DNA of 64,000 bases from Dehalococcoidia bacterium (GTDB lineage Bacteria > Chloroflexota > Dehalococcoidia > Lucifugimonadales > UBA3495), in NCBI GenBank assembly GCA_963667415.1, contig OY763410.1:656657-720656 (forward strand), read 5' to 3'. The notes below the pieces were generated by a model, which was given only the letters and a program-made list of their open reading frames with translations, was not told where the DNA came from and did no database searches. Numbering within the stretch: the stretch's first letter is position 1; each line of letters opens with the position of its first letter. Position numbers and translations under genes: made by a program. Below are positions 16,887 to 25,155 of the stretch, one piece after another.

Positions 16887-16915
16887 ATTGTAGGCAAACA
16901 GCTTTGGCGTGTCAA
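16887..16915 (-). promoter_or_regulatory. near-consensus sigma70 promoter TTGACA-N17-TACAAT for the small basic protein gene
   Basis: On the minus strand: TTGACA (16915..16910), an exact 17-nt spacer, then TACAAT (16892..16887). It lies about 55 nt upstream of ATG 16831. Confidence 0.6.
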
Positions 16916-17064
16916 TATAGTGTAGGAACAAAATCGGACAAATGTCTCGACCATGCTGTTGGCTGTTTCTGGTTGACGGTTGCAGGGGCGGCGGGTTGGT
17001 CGAACGCCGCTCTCCGAAGCGCGACCGGGCCCTCCTTCCTTCCGGCATTTGATGTCGGCCTGCG

Positions 17065-17073
17065 TGATAGAAT
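17065..17073 (+). promoter_or_regulatory. candidate extended -10 (TGaTAGAAT) for the phosphatase/kinase genes
   Basis: TG-N-TAGAAT lies 43 nt upstream of ATG 17116. There is no good -35. Confidence 0.3.
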
Positions 17074-17115
17074 ATCGGCAAATTCCAAGGCCATAATCCG
17101 GTGATACAGGTAGCG

Positions 17116-17781
17116 ATGGGCAAGCTATACATAGCACGACACGGCGAGACAGTCTGGAACAGTGAAGGGCGCATACAGGGCCATACGGATGTGGCACTTT
17201 CCGAGCGCGGGCTGGAGCAGGCCCGCTCGCTGGCACGGCGACTGAGGGACGTTTCCTTCGACGCCGCGTATGCCAGCGACCTCAAACGGGCCTTCGAGAC
17301 CGCCGCCACTGTGCTGGAAGGGCGGGACGTTCCGCTGAATCCCACTCCGCGGCTGCGCGAATACCACAAGGGCGCCTTCGAAGGCCTGACCGAACCGGAG
17401 CTGAGGGCCCGTTACCCATCCGAGTATCCCGGCTACATCGCCAAGGACCTCGACTATGCCCCGGAGGGCGGAGAGACCACCCGCGAAGTCAGCACGCGCA
17501 TGACCGAGGTCATCAGCGGAATCAAGGAACGCCACCTTGACGAGAACGTGCTGGTGGTGGGGCACGGCGGTTCCCTTCGGGCAGCCATGATGGCCCTGCT
17601 GGGAATGTCGATGGACGCCAACTGGCGCTTTGTGTTTGGCAATTGCACCCTGACCATTATCGACACCTACCACGACAACGCCGTACTGCGCCTCTTCAAC
17701 GACGGGTCACACCTCGTGGAGCGGGATGGGCAAATTGCAAACGGCGTTGGCGCTTCACGCCCTGCCGTACGCGGAGAATGA
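17116..17781 (+). CDS. histidine phosphatase family protein (phosphoglycerate mutase-like; CobC/alpha-ribazole phosphatase-like)
   Basis: The N-terminus MGKLYIARHGETVWNSEGRIQGHTD carries the RHG catalytic motif, and the later VVGHGG motif is present. ATG 17116 is preferred over GTG 17101. Confidence 0.85.
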   Translation: MGKLYIARHGETVWNSEGRIQGHTDVALSERGLEQARSLARRLRDVSFDAAYASDLKRAFETAATVLEGRDVPLNPTPRLREYHKGAFEGLTEPELRARYPSEYPGYIAKDLDYAPEGGETTREVSTRMTEVISGIKERHLDENVLVVGHGGSLRAAMMALLGMSMDANWRFVFGNCTLTIIDTYHDNAVLRLFNDGSHLVERDGQIANGVGASRPAVRGE

Positions 17782-17785
17782 CGCC

Positions 17786-18721
17786 TTGAACGCCCGACAA
17801 GAACCGAACAGCGAAGAGGGCCCTGCCGATAACAAAGGCATTATTGGTTCCGCTACAGCGAGAGCCCCGGGCGTGTGCGGAGTCCTGGCGCAGGGTGTGC
17901 TCGGCGATATGCCCTTCTCGGTCTCCTGCCCGGTGGACTTCTTTTCGCGAGTGCATGTGGAGTTGCGGCCGGGCTCACCCCGGGTGAGCGCCCCCGAGGG
18001 CTGCGAGAAGACCGTTGCGGCCGTACGCCGCACTCTCATGCACCTGCGCCGGGCCAAGGTGCGCGCCGACGTGCGAATCAACAGCCCCATCCCCAGGAGC
18101 AGGGGCTTGGGCAGCAGCACCGCCGACCTGTCCGCTGCCATCGTCGCTACTTCCCTGGCCCTGGGCGTGGAGCTCACCCCCTACGATATCGCCCAGATTG
18201 CCCTGTCCGTCGAACCCACCGGCGGCGTGATGATGCCAGGCCTGGCGTTGTTCGATCATCGGGCTGGCATGGTCAGGCAGAGCATCGGTCCGCCCCCGCC
18301 AATGGAGATTGTCGCGCTAGACTTTGGCGGATCCTCGAGGTCTGACCTCGAAGGAAACTCCCAGCAATGGCGACTGGTGGACGCCCTGACGGAAGAGGCG
18401 TTGAGCATGATTCGCCGGGGTGTTGCGGAAAAGAACCCCGCCCTGGTCGGGCAGGCGGCCACTATCGCCTCCGAAGCGGCGGGACGGGTCTCCGCCCGTC
18501 CGAGGCTGGCCGAGATTGCCGAGTTCGCCCGCGAGGTCGGAGCGGTTGGCGTGAACGGCGGCCAGAACGAGGGCGTGACCGGTGTGCTGCTGGACGCCAC
18601 CGAACGTCGCGGGAAGTCCACTTACCTGAAGGCGAAGCAGGCCTTTCCAGATGCCGAGACGGTCTATCACTTCAGGGTAATGAGCGGCGGCGTTCTGACC
18701 GTCGACGCGAGCCAAAGCTAG
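17786..18721 (+). CDS. GHMP-kinase family protein, PduX-like (putative L-threonine kinase)
   Basis: GHMP motif PRSRGLGSSTADLSAAIVA, with an N-terminal APGVCGVLAQG segment resembling the PduX CGELxQG motif. Start is uncertain. TTG 17786 lies 5 nt after the upstream stop with GGAG 9 nt upstream; ATG 17726 would overlap the phosphatase gene by 56 nt. Confidence 0.6.
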   Translation: MNARQEPNSEEGPADNKGIIGSATARAPGVCGVLAQGVLGDMPFSVSCPVDFFSRVHVELRPGSPRVSAPEGCEKTVAAVRRTLMHLRRAKVRADVRINSPIPRSRGLGSSTADLSAAIVATSLALGVELTPYDIAQIALSVEPTGGVMMPGLALFDHRAGMVRQSIGPPPPMEIVALDFGGSSRSDLEGNSQQWRLVDALTEEALSMIRRGVAEKNPALVGQAATIASEAAGRVSARPRLAEIAEFAREVGAVGVNGGQNEGVTGVLLDATERRGKSTYLKAKQAFPDAETVYHFRVMSGGVLTVDASQS

Positions 18722-18738
18722 TTCGAGGAAGGGGAACT

Positions 18739-19809
18739 ATGGCGGAGTACAACCTGGCAGTAATTGGCGGCGATGGCGTGGGCCCTGAGGTAATCGCCGA
18801 GGGACGCAAGGTGCTGGAGGCCCTGTCTTCCGCAGGCGGCCCGTCCTTCCGGTTCACCGAGTTTACGTGGGGCAGCGACTATTACCGCGAGACCGGTCGC
18901 CTGATGCCGGAGGACGGACTGGAGCAGCTCTCGGGCTTCGACGCCATCCTGTTCGGCGCGGTGGGCGATCCCAACATTCCCGACCACATCACTTTGCATG
19001 GCCTGTTGCTGCCCATGCGCCGAGGCTTCGACCAGGGCATCTGCGTCCGGCCCGCCTATCTGTACCCCGGCGTTACTTCCCCTGTCGCTGGCAAGCAGGC
19101 CGGCGACATCGACATGGTCATCTTCCGCGAGAACACCGAGGGCGAGTATGCTCCGGTGGGCGGTCGGCTGAACACCGGCACGCCCCACGAGACGGTCATT
19201 CAGAGCAACGTCTTCACCCGGCGCGGCACCGAGCGCATCATCCGCGCCGCCTTCGAGCACTGCGTCCGACGCAACAAGCGCAACAAGGTCACCTCGGTCA
19301 CCAAGTCCAATGCTCAGTCCTTCGGAATGGTCTTCTGGGACGAAGTGTTCGAGGATGTAGCGGCCGACTACCCGCAGGTGGAGACCGAGTCGCTGCTGGT
19401 GGACCGGGCCTGCATGGACTTCGTGCGCTGGCCCGAGGACTTCGACGTGGTGGTGGCCTCCAACCTGTTTGCCGACATCCTTTCAGACATCGCGGCAGTG
19501 GTGACCGGCAGCATGGGCTTGGCCCCCAGCGCCAACATCAACCCAGACAAGGTGCACCCGTCGCTGTTCGAGCCGGTGCACGGCGCAGCCTTCGACATAA
19601 TGGGCCAGGGCATCGCCAACCCCATCGCCACGGTCTCCGCAGTTGCCATGATGCTCGACCACCTGGGCGAGGCGGAAGCCGCCGCCCGAGTAGACGGCGC
19701 CGTGGCCCGCTGCCTGGAAGAGCGCCGCGTCCTCACTGCCGACCTGGGCGGCACCGCCTCCACGTCGCAGATGGGCGACGAGGCCGCACGGCTGGTGCGT
19801 GAGGGGTAG
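18739..19809 (+). CDS. tartrate dehydrogenase / D-malate (decarboxylating) dehydrogenase-like member of the isocitrate-isopropylmalate dehydrogenase family
   Basis: ATG 18739 follows GAGGAAGGGGA. MAEYNLAVIGGDGVGPEV..FDAILFGAVGDPNIPDH..VIFRENTEGEY closely parallels TtuC-type enzymes. The upstream part of the tracked ORF is non-coding-like. Confidence 0.85.
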   Translation: MAEYNLAVIGGDGVGPEVIAEGRKVLEALSSAGGPSFRFTEFTWGSDYYRETGRLMPEDGLEQLSGFDAILFGAVGDPNIPDHITLHGLLLPMRRGFDQGICVRPAYLYPGVTSPVAGKQAGDIDMVIFRENTEGEYAPVGGRLNTGTPHETVIQSNVFTRRGTERIIRAAFEHCVRRNKRNKVTSVTKSNAQSFGMVFWDEVFEDVAADYPQVETESLLVDRACMDFVRWPEDFDVVVASNLFADILSDIAAVVTGSMGLAPSANINPDKVHPSLFEPVHGAAFDIMGQGIANPIATVSAVAMMLDHLGEAEAAARVDGAVARCLEERRVLTADLGGTASTSQMGDEAARLVREG

Positions 19810-19838
19810 GGCAGAGATTTTCGGCGCGGAACGGCCTG

Positions 19839-19890
19839 TTGACAATTTACTCAATGCAGTGAGTAAAATTACTCGCCATGTTGAGTAATT
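19839..19890 (+). promoter_or_regulatory. promoter-like TTGACA-N19-TAAAAT overlapped by two tandem palindromes (TTACTCA-N6-TGAGTAA; AATTACTC-N8-GAGTAATT)
   Basis: TTGACA at 19839..19844 and TAAAAT at 19864..19869. Inverted repeats lie at 19847..19866 and 19867..19890, and the second brackets the ATG at 19878. No SD is present. Confidence 0.45.
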
Positions 19891-21086
19891 TGCAATTCGT
19901 ACGTCCGCAGTCCGAAGTACTCCTGCAACGGCTGAAGGAACCGCGCCGTTTCATCCAAGTCGTCTCCGGTGCCAGGCAGGTGGGAAAAACCACCATGGTT
20001 TCCCAGGTGATCGACCGTTCGGACCTCCCGCACAGGTCTGCCAGTGCTGACCAGCCAACTCTGCGGGGGCCCGAGTGGATCGAGCAACAATGGGACGGGG
20101 CTCGATTGCTGGCACGCGATTCCGACCCATTTGGCGCTGTACTGATTCTTGATGAAATACAGAAGGCCCCAGACTGGGCTGAGGCAGTAAAACGACTATG
20201 GGATGAAGATACCCGAAATGCTGTAAACCTGAAGGTGGTATTACTTGGGAGTGCTCCTCTTCTATTGGGGCGAGGCCTGACAGAGAGTCTTGCCGGTCGG
20301 TTCGAGCGCATTCACCTGCCTCACTGGAGCTATTCAGAGATGCGGGAAGCGTTTGGTGTCTCCCTGGATGAATTCCTGTATTACGGTTCCTACCCAGGCG
20401 CAACTCATTTTATTGATCAACCTGATCGCTGGGCACGGTACATTCGAGATTCGCTCATCGAAACAACGATATCTCGAGACGTGTTTCTGATGTCACGAGT
20501 CGACCGTCCGGCGTTGTTGAGGCGTCTCTTCGAGTTGGGCTGCATATACTCGGGGCAAATTCTTTCCTACAACAAAATGCTGGGCCAGTTGCAGGATGCG
20601 GGCAACACCACGACCCTGGCTCACTATCTGGAGTTGCTGACTTCGGCTGGAATGCTAACAGGACTTCAAAAATTCGCCGGTGCACAGGTTCGCCGCAGGA
20701 ACTCCAGTCCGAAATTCCAGGTTTTGAACACGGCCCTGATGACCGAACAGTCTGGATTTACGCTGGAACAGGCCAAGGACGCTAACGAGTACTGGGGGAA
20801 GCTTGTGGAGTCTGCAGTGGGTGCTCACCTGGCCAATGCGGCTGCCGGTGGTGAATGTGAAGTCTTCTACTGGCGAGACCGCAACCGCGAAGTCGACTTC
20901 GTCATCAGAAATGGACATCGCCTCACTGCTATTGAAGTTAAGAGTGGGCGCACTCCCGATTCTCTACCCGGAATGGCGTCATTCAGCGAGGCTTTTCATC
21001 CTGACCGCAAGTTGCTTGTGGGGAGCGGTGGCATTGAGGTTGAAGAGTTTCTTTCCCGACCTGTCCACCACTGGACAGGGGAATAA
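19878..21086 (+). CDS. AAA-family ATPase with C-terminal DUF4143 domain
   Basis: 402 aa with Walker A SGARQVGKTT and Walker B ILDEIQ. The C-terminal half resembles DUF4143. The gene is visibly AT-richer than its flanks. Confidence 0.8.
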   Translation: MLSNLQFVRPQSEVLLQRLKEPRRFIQVVSGARQVGKTTMVSQVIDRSDLPHRSASADQPTLRGPEWIEQQWDGARLLARDSDPFGAVLILDEIQKAPDWAEAVKRLWDEDTRNAVNLKVVLLGSAPLLLGRGLTESLAGRFERIHLPHWSYSEMREAFGVSLDEFLYYGSYPGATHFIDQPDRWARYIRDSLIETTISRDVFLMSRVDRPALLRRLFELGCIYSGQILSYNKMLGQLQDAGNTTTLAHYLELLTSAGMLTGLQKFAGAQVRRRNSSPKFQVLNTALMTEQSGFTLEQAKDANEYWGKLVESAVGAHLANAAAGGECEVFYWRDRNREVDFVIRNGHRLTAIEVKSGRTPDSLPGMASFSEAFHPDRKLLVGSGGIEVEEFLSRPVHHWTGE

Positions 21087-21707
21087 CTACACCCCCAGGA
21101 CCACTGAGGCCATGCGCTTTTCGAGGGCCTGGCCTATCTGCATGGTGAGGTCGGGGCGCTGGTAGTTGCCCACGGTGCCGATGAAGGCGACGCCCAGAAG
21201 CCTACCCAGGCGGAAGTCCACCACCGTTGACGAGATAAGGCCCGACGGGCCTCCCTGCAGCACGTGGAGGGCCACCGATTCGTCGAAGAACCCGTTGGTC
21301 TCCACCCGCTCGGTCGACACCAACTGATGCCCTTGGCCCACGCTGTCGCCCACGTGGTCCTCGAAGTCCTTGAGGAAGATGTCGTGCATCCAGCTACTGA
21401 CCGACTCGGGGGTGTCGAACAGGTGCACGACCGACGCGGCCATGAAGTCGAAGCCGTCGGGCATCCCCATTTCCGACGTCGGGCCCAGCTCGCGCATATT
21501 GCCGGTAACCCGCCCGGCCTCGAGGAACCGCTCGGCGGTGCTGCCTTCGAAACCGTTGCGGGCCAGCGTCTCGTTGTCCAGTTCCCCCTCACGCACAACC
21601 TGGTGCGCTTGGAAGTCGGCCGGAAACTGGTCCTTATCCAGCACCATTTCGGCCAGTGTTTCCTGTGTAACGCGATATGTAGCTCGGGTGAGTGCAGAGG
21701 TCGCCAA
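21087..21707 (-). CDS. hypothetical protein
   Basis: The ORF has coding-like composition but no recognisable family. TTG 21707 with GGAGGA 5 nt upstream is preferred, because the tracked ATG 21806 lies inside a terminator-like hairpin. Confidence 0.45.
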   Translation of the reverse strand: MATSALTRATYRVTQETLAEMVLDKDQFPADFQAHQVVREGELDNETLARNGFEGSTAERFLEAGRVTGNMRELGPTSEMGMPDGFDFMAASVVHLFDTPESVSSWMHDIFLKDFEDHVGDSVGQGHQLVSTERVETNGFFDESVALHVLQGGPSGLISSTVVDFRLGRLLGVAFIGTVGNYQRPDLTMQIGQALEKRMASVVLGV

Positions 21708-21788
21708 ACCGGTCCTCCGGATCAGACAAGTATTGAGTAGCGACGCGACAGGAACCCCGCTGCTGATCGCACGGGCCTGACACGAAGG

Positions 21789-21815
21789 CGGGCTGCGGAA
21801 GTACACCGCAGCCCG
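21789..21815 (-). terminator. 10-bp stem hairpin (CGGGCTGCGG/CCGCAGCCCG) after the BNR-repeat gene
   Basis: Perfect inverted repeat with a 7-nt loop, 23 nt downstream of the stop at 21838. The trailing sequence is not U-rich. Confidence 0.45.
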
Positions 21816-21837
21816 CGTTGCTTACGGTGCCGGATGT

Positions 21838-22896
21838 TTATCCGCAGACCATAGGATAGATGTGCAAGGAGCGGGTCGACTCCACGGGAAGCATGGTCTT
21901 CTTCCAGGTCGCGCCCGCGTCGCTGCTGCTGTACACCTCGCCGGAGTAGGAGGCACAGCTGATGCGCGACGGCACTGCGGCGTCGATGGCCACCTGCATC
22001 ATACGGCCCGGCGGAACGTCGCCCAGGTCAAGCCGTTCCCAGGTCTGGCCCACATCGCGGCTGCGGAACAGCGCGCCTTCCGGCACGGTGTCCGGAGGGG
22101 CCGCGCCGCCACCGGCACCCGAGGCCAGGTAGATGGTGCTGGGGTCGTCGGGCGCCACGGCCAGGTCGCGGCAGTAGGAGCCGCCGGGGAACATGTCGTC
22201 CACCTGCACGTGCTCCCAGCGAGTGCCGTTGTTGCGCCCGCGGAACATGGCGATCTGCGTGGCAATCTGCACCGTGTCGTGGTCCGCAGAGCTAACCACG
22301 ACCTCGTGAAGGTCGAGGGTGTTGTTGCGGAGGTAGGGCCCGTCCATCAACTGCTTCCAGGTCTGGCCGCCGTCGTGGCTGGCCAGCAGCCCGCCCACTT
22401 CGATGGCGGCGTACATGTTGTTCGGGTCGACCGGGTCCACGGAGATGCCGATGACGCGCTTGCCCAGCGGCGGCATGTAGGTGGTGATGTGGGGGAAGAT
22501 GACACCGCTGGTGTCCATTTCCTGCCAGGTGTCGCCGCCGTCCTGCGAGCGGGCGATGGCGCACGGCTCGTAGCCGGCGAAGATGGTGTTCGGGTCGGAT
22601 GGGTGGGCCGTCAGCGACCACACATCGCGGCCGTCGGCGGGGTCTGCGACCCGCTGCCAGGTGTCGCCGCGGTCGGAACTGCGGTATACGCCGTCCTGCG
22701 TTCCTGCGAACACCACAGCCGGATTGTCGGCCTTGAGCAGCAGAGCCCGAACCTGCGGATTGCCGGGCAGGCCCTTCGAGATGTCGTCCCAGCCGTCCTG
22801 GCCGTCGGCCTGGCGGAAGATGCCGCCATCGCCGATGAAGTCTCCCTCGCCGCCCATTCCGACGTAGGTGTAGGTCAGATGATTGGTTGCGACCAT
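21838..22896 (-). CDS. BNR/Asp-box repeat beta-propeller protein (sialidase / Ycf48-like fold)
   Basis: It carries five S-x-D-x-G-x-T-W boxes: SSDRGDTW, SQDGGDTW, SHDGGQTW, SRDVGQTW, SSDAGATW. ATG 22896 is preceded by CAGGAGAC, and the putative promoter at 22932..22960 would lie inside the longer tracked ORF. Confidence 0.8.
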   Translation of the reverse strand: MVATNHLTYTYVGMGGEGDFIGDGGIFRQADGQDGWDDISKGLPGNPQVRALLLKADNPAVVFAGTQDGVYRSSDRGDTWQRVADPADGRDVWSLTAHPSDPNTIFAGYEPCAIARSQDGGDTWQEMDTSGVIFPHITTYMPPLGKRVIGISVDPVDPNNMYAAIEVGGLLASHDGGQTWKQLMDGPYLRNNTLDLHEVVVSSADHDTVQIATQIAMFRGRNNGTRWEHVQVDDMFPGGSYCRDLAVAPDDPSTIYLASGAGGGAAPPDTVPEGALFRSRDVGQTWERLDLGDVPPGRMMQVAIDAAVPSRISCASYSGEVYSSSDAGATWKKTMLPVESTRSLHIYPMVCG

Positions 22897-22931
22897 ATTC
22901 AAGTCTCCTGTCGTGGTCGTTTGCTTGTAGG

Positions 22932-22960
22932 ATTTTTGGCCCAAGCCATCCTGTTGTCAA
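22932..22960 (-). promoter_or_regulatory. candidate promoter TTGACA-N17-AAAAAT for the BNR-repeat gene
   Basis: On the minus strand: TTGACA (22960..22955), a 17-nt spacer, then AAAAAT (22937..22932). Confidence 0.4.
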
Positions 22961-23144
22961 GGGGCGCGGACGCGAACGGCAGGGTTCAGAAGCGGGCGAC
23001 GTGGCCAATCAGGCGCCTTCTGCCCGGGATTTCACTTCAGCCCGAACGGTCTCCACCGGGCAGAATGAACGGGCAAAAATACCGTGCCGTTGAGGGATGC
23101 GTTGCGACTCCGGTCTCAATTTCCGAGGGCCCCTCACGTAGGGG

Positions 23145-23170
23145 TGTAACATTTTGTAACGTTTTGTAAC
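23145..23170. repeat. three TGTAAC hexamers phased at exactly 10 bp (TGTAACATTT TGTAACGTTT TGTAAC)
   Basis: Direct reading gives copies at 23145, 23155 and 23165. They lie just upstream of a perfect TATAAT at 23189..23194. Confidence 0.8.
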
Positions 23171-23336
23171 ACCAGTATCAATTAGCCCTATAATTGCGAC
23201 GGACCATCCTGATGATTCGGGGCGCCAAATAAGATGCTCAGAAGGATATGTCTCAGAACAATTGTACGATTGATTGCGCTTCAAGGCAAGTTAGAGACTC
23301 CGGCAGCGGAGTGTTCGGAGGCAGGTAGCGCGATGG

Positions 23337-23368
23337 TTATGACGACGGGGCCTTATGACGACGGGGCT
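23337..23368. repeat. tandem duplication of a 16-mer (TTATGACGACGGGGCC / TTATGACGACGGGGCT)
   Basis: Two adjacent copies, 15 of 16 positions identical, in the non-coding region. Confidence 0.85.
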
Positions 23369-23644
23369 TTGGATTGCCGCTTTACGCACTCGCGGGAGTG
23401 ACGGACCTGGTGTTGGCTTATAGCCCGATTCGCAACCCCAGCGGTGGCAAGCTGGGGGGCCAGGTCGCCGATTCACCCGTGATAAAATGCCCGTTGACAG
23501 GGATACAAAATCCGCGACGTCGAGCGGCTTGCCGGAGGCTAGTCGCCATCCGGTGGCGCGACGCCCCGCCTTGCGCTAGTATTTGACGCGACTGTCCGGC
23601 GACGCAGAGCCGTCGGGCCAACTTCCAAGCGAAGGTACACTCGA

Positions 23645-24361
23645 ATGAAGAACAAGGTGTACGCCACCATGGACGAAGCGGTGGCAGGCATCCCCGACGG
23701 CTCCACCATCATGTGCCCCGGCTTCTCCGGCGTCGGCGTTCCCCGCAACCTGCTGGCCGCCGTCAACCGCCAGGGTGCCAAAGAGCTCACCTGCATCTCC
23801 AACAACGCCGGCACCCTCGACGAGTTGGTCGACGTCGGCACCCTGGTCGAGGCGGGTCAGGTCAAGAAGATGGTCTGCGCCTTCACCGCGCCGACACACC
23901 CGTCGATGGTCACGCCCTTCGTCCGCATGTACAACGAGGGCCTGGTCGACGCCGAGCTGGTGCCGCAGGGCACTCTGGCCGAGCGCATTCGCATCGCCGC
24001 CGCGGGCATCGGCGGGTTCTACACCCCGACCTCCGTCGGCACCGAGCTGGCCGAGGGCAAGGAGCACCGCGAGATCAACGGCCGCACCTACGTGCTGGAG
24101 TACCCCCTCAACGCCGACTATGCCCTGGTGCGCGCCTGGAAGGCCGACAAGTTCGGCAACCTCCAGTTCCGCCTGTCGCAGCGCAACTTCAACCCCATCA
24201 TGGCCATGGCCGCGAAGACCACCATCGTCGAGGTCGAGAACGATGTTGTCGAAATCGGCGAGATCGACCCGGACCACGTCCACGTCTCCGGCATCTATGT
24301 CGACCGCGTCGTCAAGATACCCGAGGACGGCATCTGGTCCGGCGCAAAGCCCGGCATCTAA
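23645..24361 (+). CDS. scoA: 3-oxoacid CoA-transferase subunit A
   Basis: 238 aa. MKNKVYATMDEAVAGIPDGSTIMCPGFSGVGVPRNL and ELVPQGTLAERIRAAGAGI-type motifs are typical of family I CoA-transferase alpha subunits. Confidence 0.92.
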   Translation: MKNKVYATMDEAVAGIPDGSTIMCPGFSGVGVPRNLLAAVNRQGAKELTCISNNAGTLDELVDVGTLVEAGQVKKMVCAFTAPTHPSMVTPFVRMYNEGLVDAELVPQGTLAERIRIAAAGIGGFYTPTSVGTELAEGKEHREINGRTYVLEYPLNADYALVRAWKADKFGNLQFRLSQRNFNPIMAMAAKTTIVEVENDVVEIGEIDPDHVHVSGIYVDRVVKIPEDGIWSGAKPGI

Positions 24362-24402
24362 ACGACACTTAATTTGAACGACACTCCGGGGGAGCATCGA
24401 AA

Positions 24403-25080
24403 ATGACCGCCGAGAAGACCAAGCTTACCCGCCAGCAGATGTGCGACCGGCTGGCGATGGAGTTCCAGGACGGCTGGATCGTCAACCTGGGCGTGGGAAT
24501 GCCCACCCTCTGCTCCAACTACGTGGACAACTCGAGGGAGATCATCAACCACTCCGAGAACGGCGTCGTGGGCTACGGGCCGCTGGCCGCCGAGGGTGAG
24601 GAGGACCGGCACCTGGTCAACGCCGGCGGGCAGCACGTCACGCCGCTGGACGGCATGGCCATCGTGCATCACGCCGACTCGTTCATGATGATCCGCGGAG
24701 GCATGATCGACGTCACCGTCATGGGCGCCTACGAGGTTGCCGAGAACGGCGACTTCGCCAACTGGCGCATCCCCAACCGCAAGGGAGGCGGCATCGGCGG
24801 CGCAATGGACCTGGCCGCCTGCGCCCAGCGGGTCTTCATCGCCATGGAGCACACCACTCGCGAGGGCGAGCCGCGGCTGCTCAAGCGCTGCAAGCTGCCC
24901 ATCACCGCGCCCGGCGTGGTCAAGATGCTGGTCACCGACCTGGGCCTGTTCGCCATATCGCCCGACGGCTTCGAGCTGGTGGAGAACGCCCCCGGCTGGA
25001 ATCCCGAGGACATCCAGGAGCTGACCGAGGCGAAGGTACACGTCTCGCCGAACCTGAAGGAGTTCCGGTTCCGCGACTGA
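24403..25080 (+). CDS. scoB: 3-oxoacid CoA-transferase subunit B
   Basis: 225 aa with VNLGVGMPT and the catalytic-Glu segment SENGVVG, typical of beta subunits. Confidence 0.92.
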   Translation: MTAEKTKLTRQQMCDRLAMEFQDGWIVNLGVGMPTLCSNYVDNSREIINHSENGVVGYGPLAAEGEEDRHLVNAGGQHVTPLDGMAIVHHADSFMMIRGGMIDVTVMGAYEVAENGDFANWRIPNRKGGGIGGAMDLAACAQRVFIAMEHTTREGEPRLLKRCKLPITAPGVVKMLVTDLGLFAISPDGFELVENAPGWNPEDIQELTEAKVHVSPNLKEFRFRD

Positions 25081-25103
25081 CGGTCCCGTGCGGCGCCAAT
25101 AGC

Positions 25104-25132
25104 AGAGCCGGGCCGCACATCGTCCCGGCTCT
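25104..25132. terminator. 9-bp stem hairpin between convergent genes (AGAGCCGGG/CCCGGCTCT)
   Basis: Perfect inverted repeat with an 11-nt loop, followed on the plus strand by TCCTTTGGG. It lies between the scoB stop and the stop of the 950-aa gene. Confidence 0.5.
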
Positions 25133-25155
25133 TCCTTTGGGCAACTTCAGGTGCG

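Noticed and set aside
21708-21806. Upstream 33 codons of the hypothetical gene (tracked start ATG 21806)
   Set aside because: ATG 21806 lies inside the 10-bp-stem hairpin that follows the BNR gene. TTG 21707 has a GGAGGA SD at ideal spacing. The call remains uncertain.
23145-23368. CRISPR-like or iteron array
   Set aside because: The repeats are only 6-16 nt with two or three copies, there are no spacers of CRISPR size and no cas genes. They are reported as short regulatory or slippage repeats instead.
23009-23476. Small minus-strand ORFs (91 aa and 61 aa) in the scoAB upstream region
   Set aside because: They have no SD, an odd composition and no family resemblance. The region is AT-rich and full of repeats, so it is more consistent with regulatory DNA.
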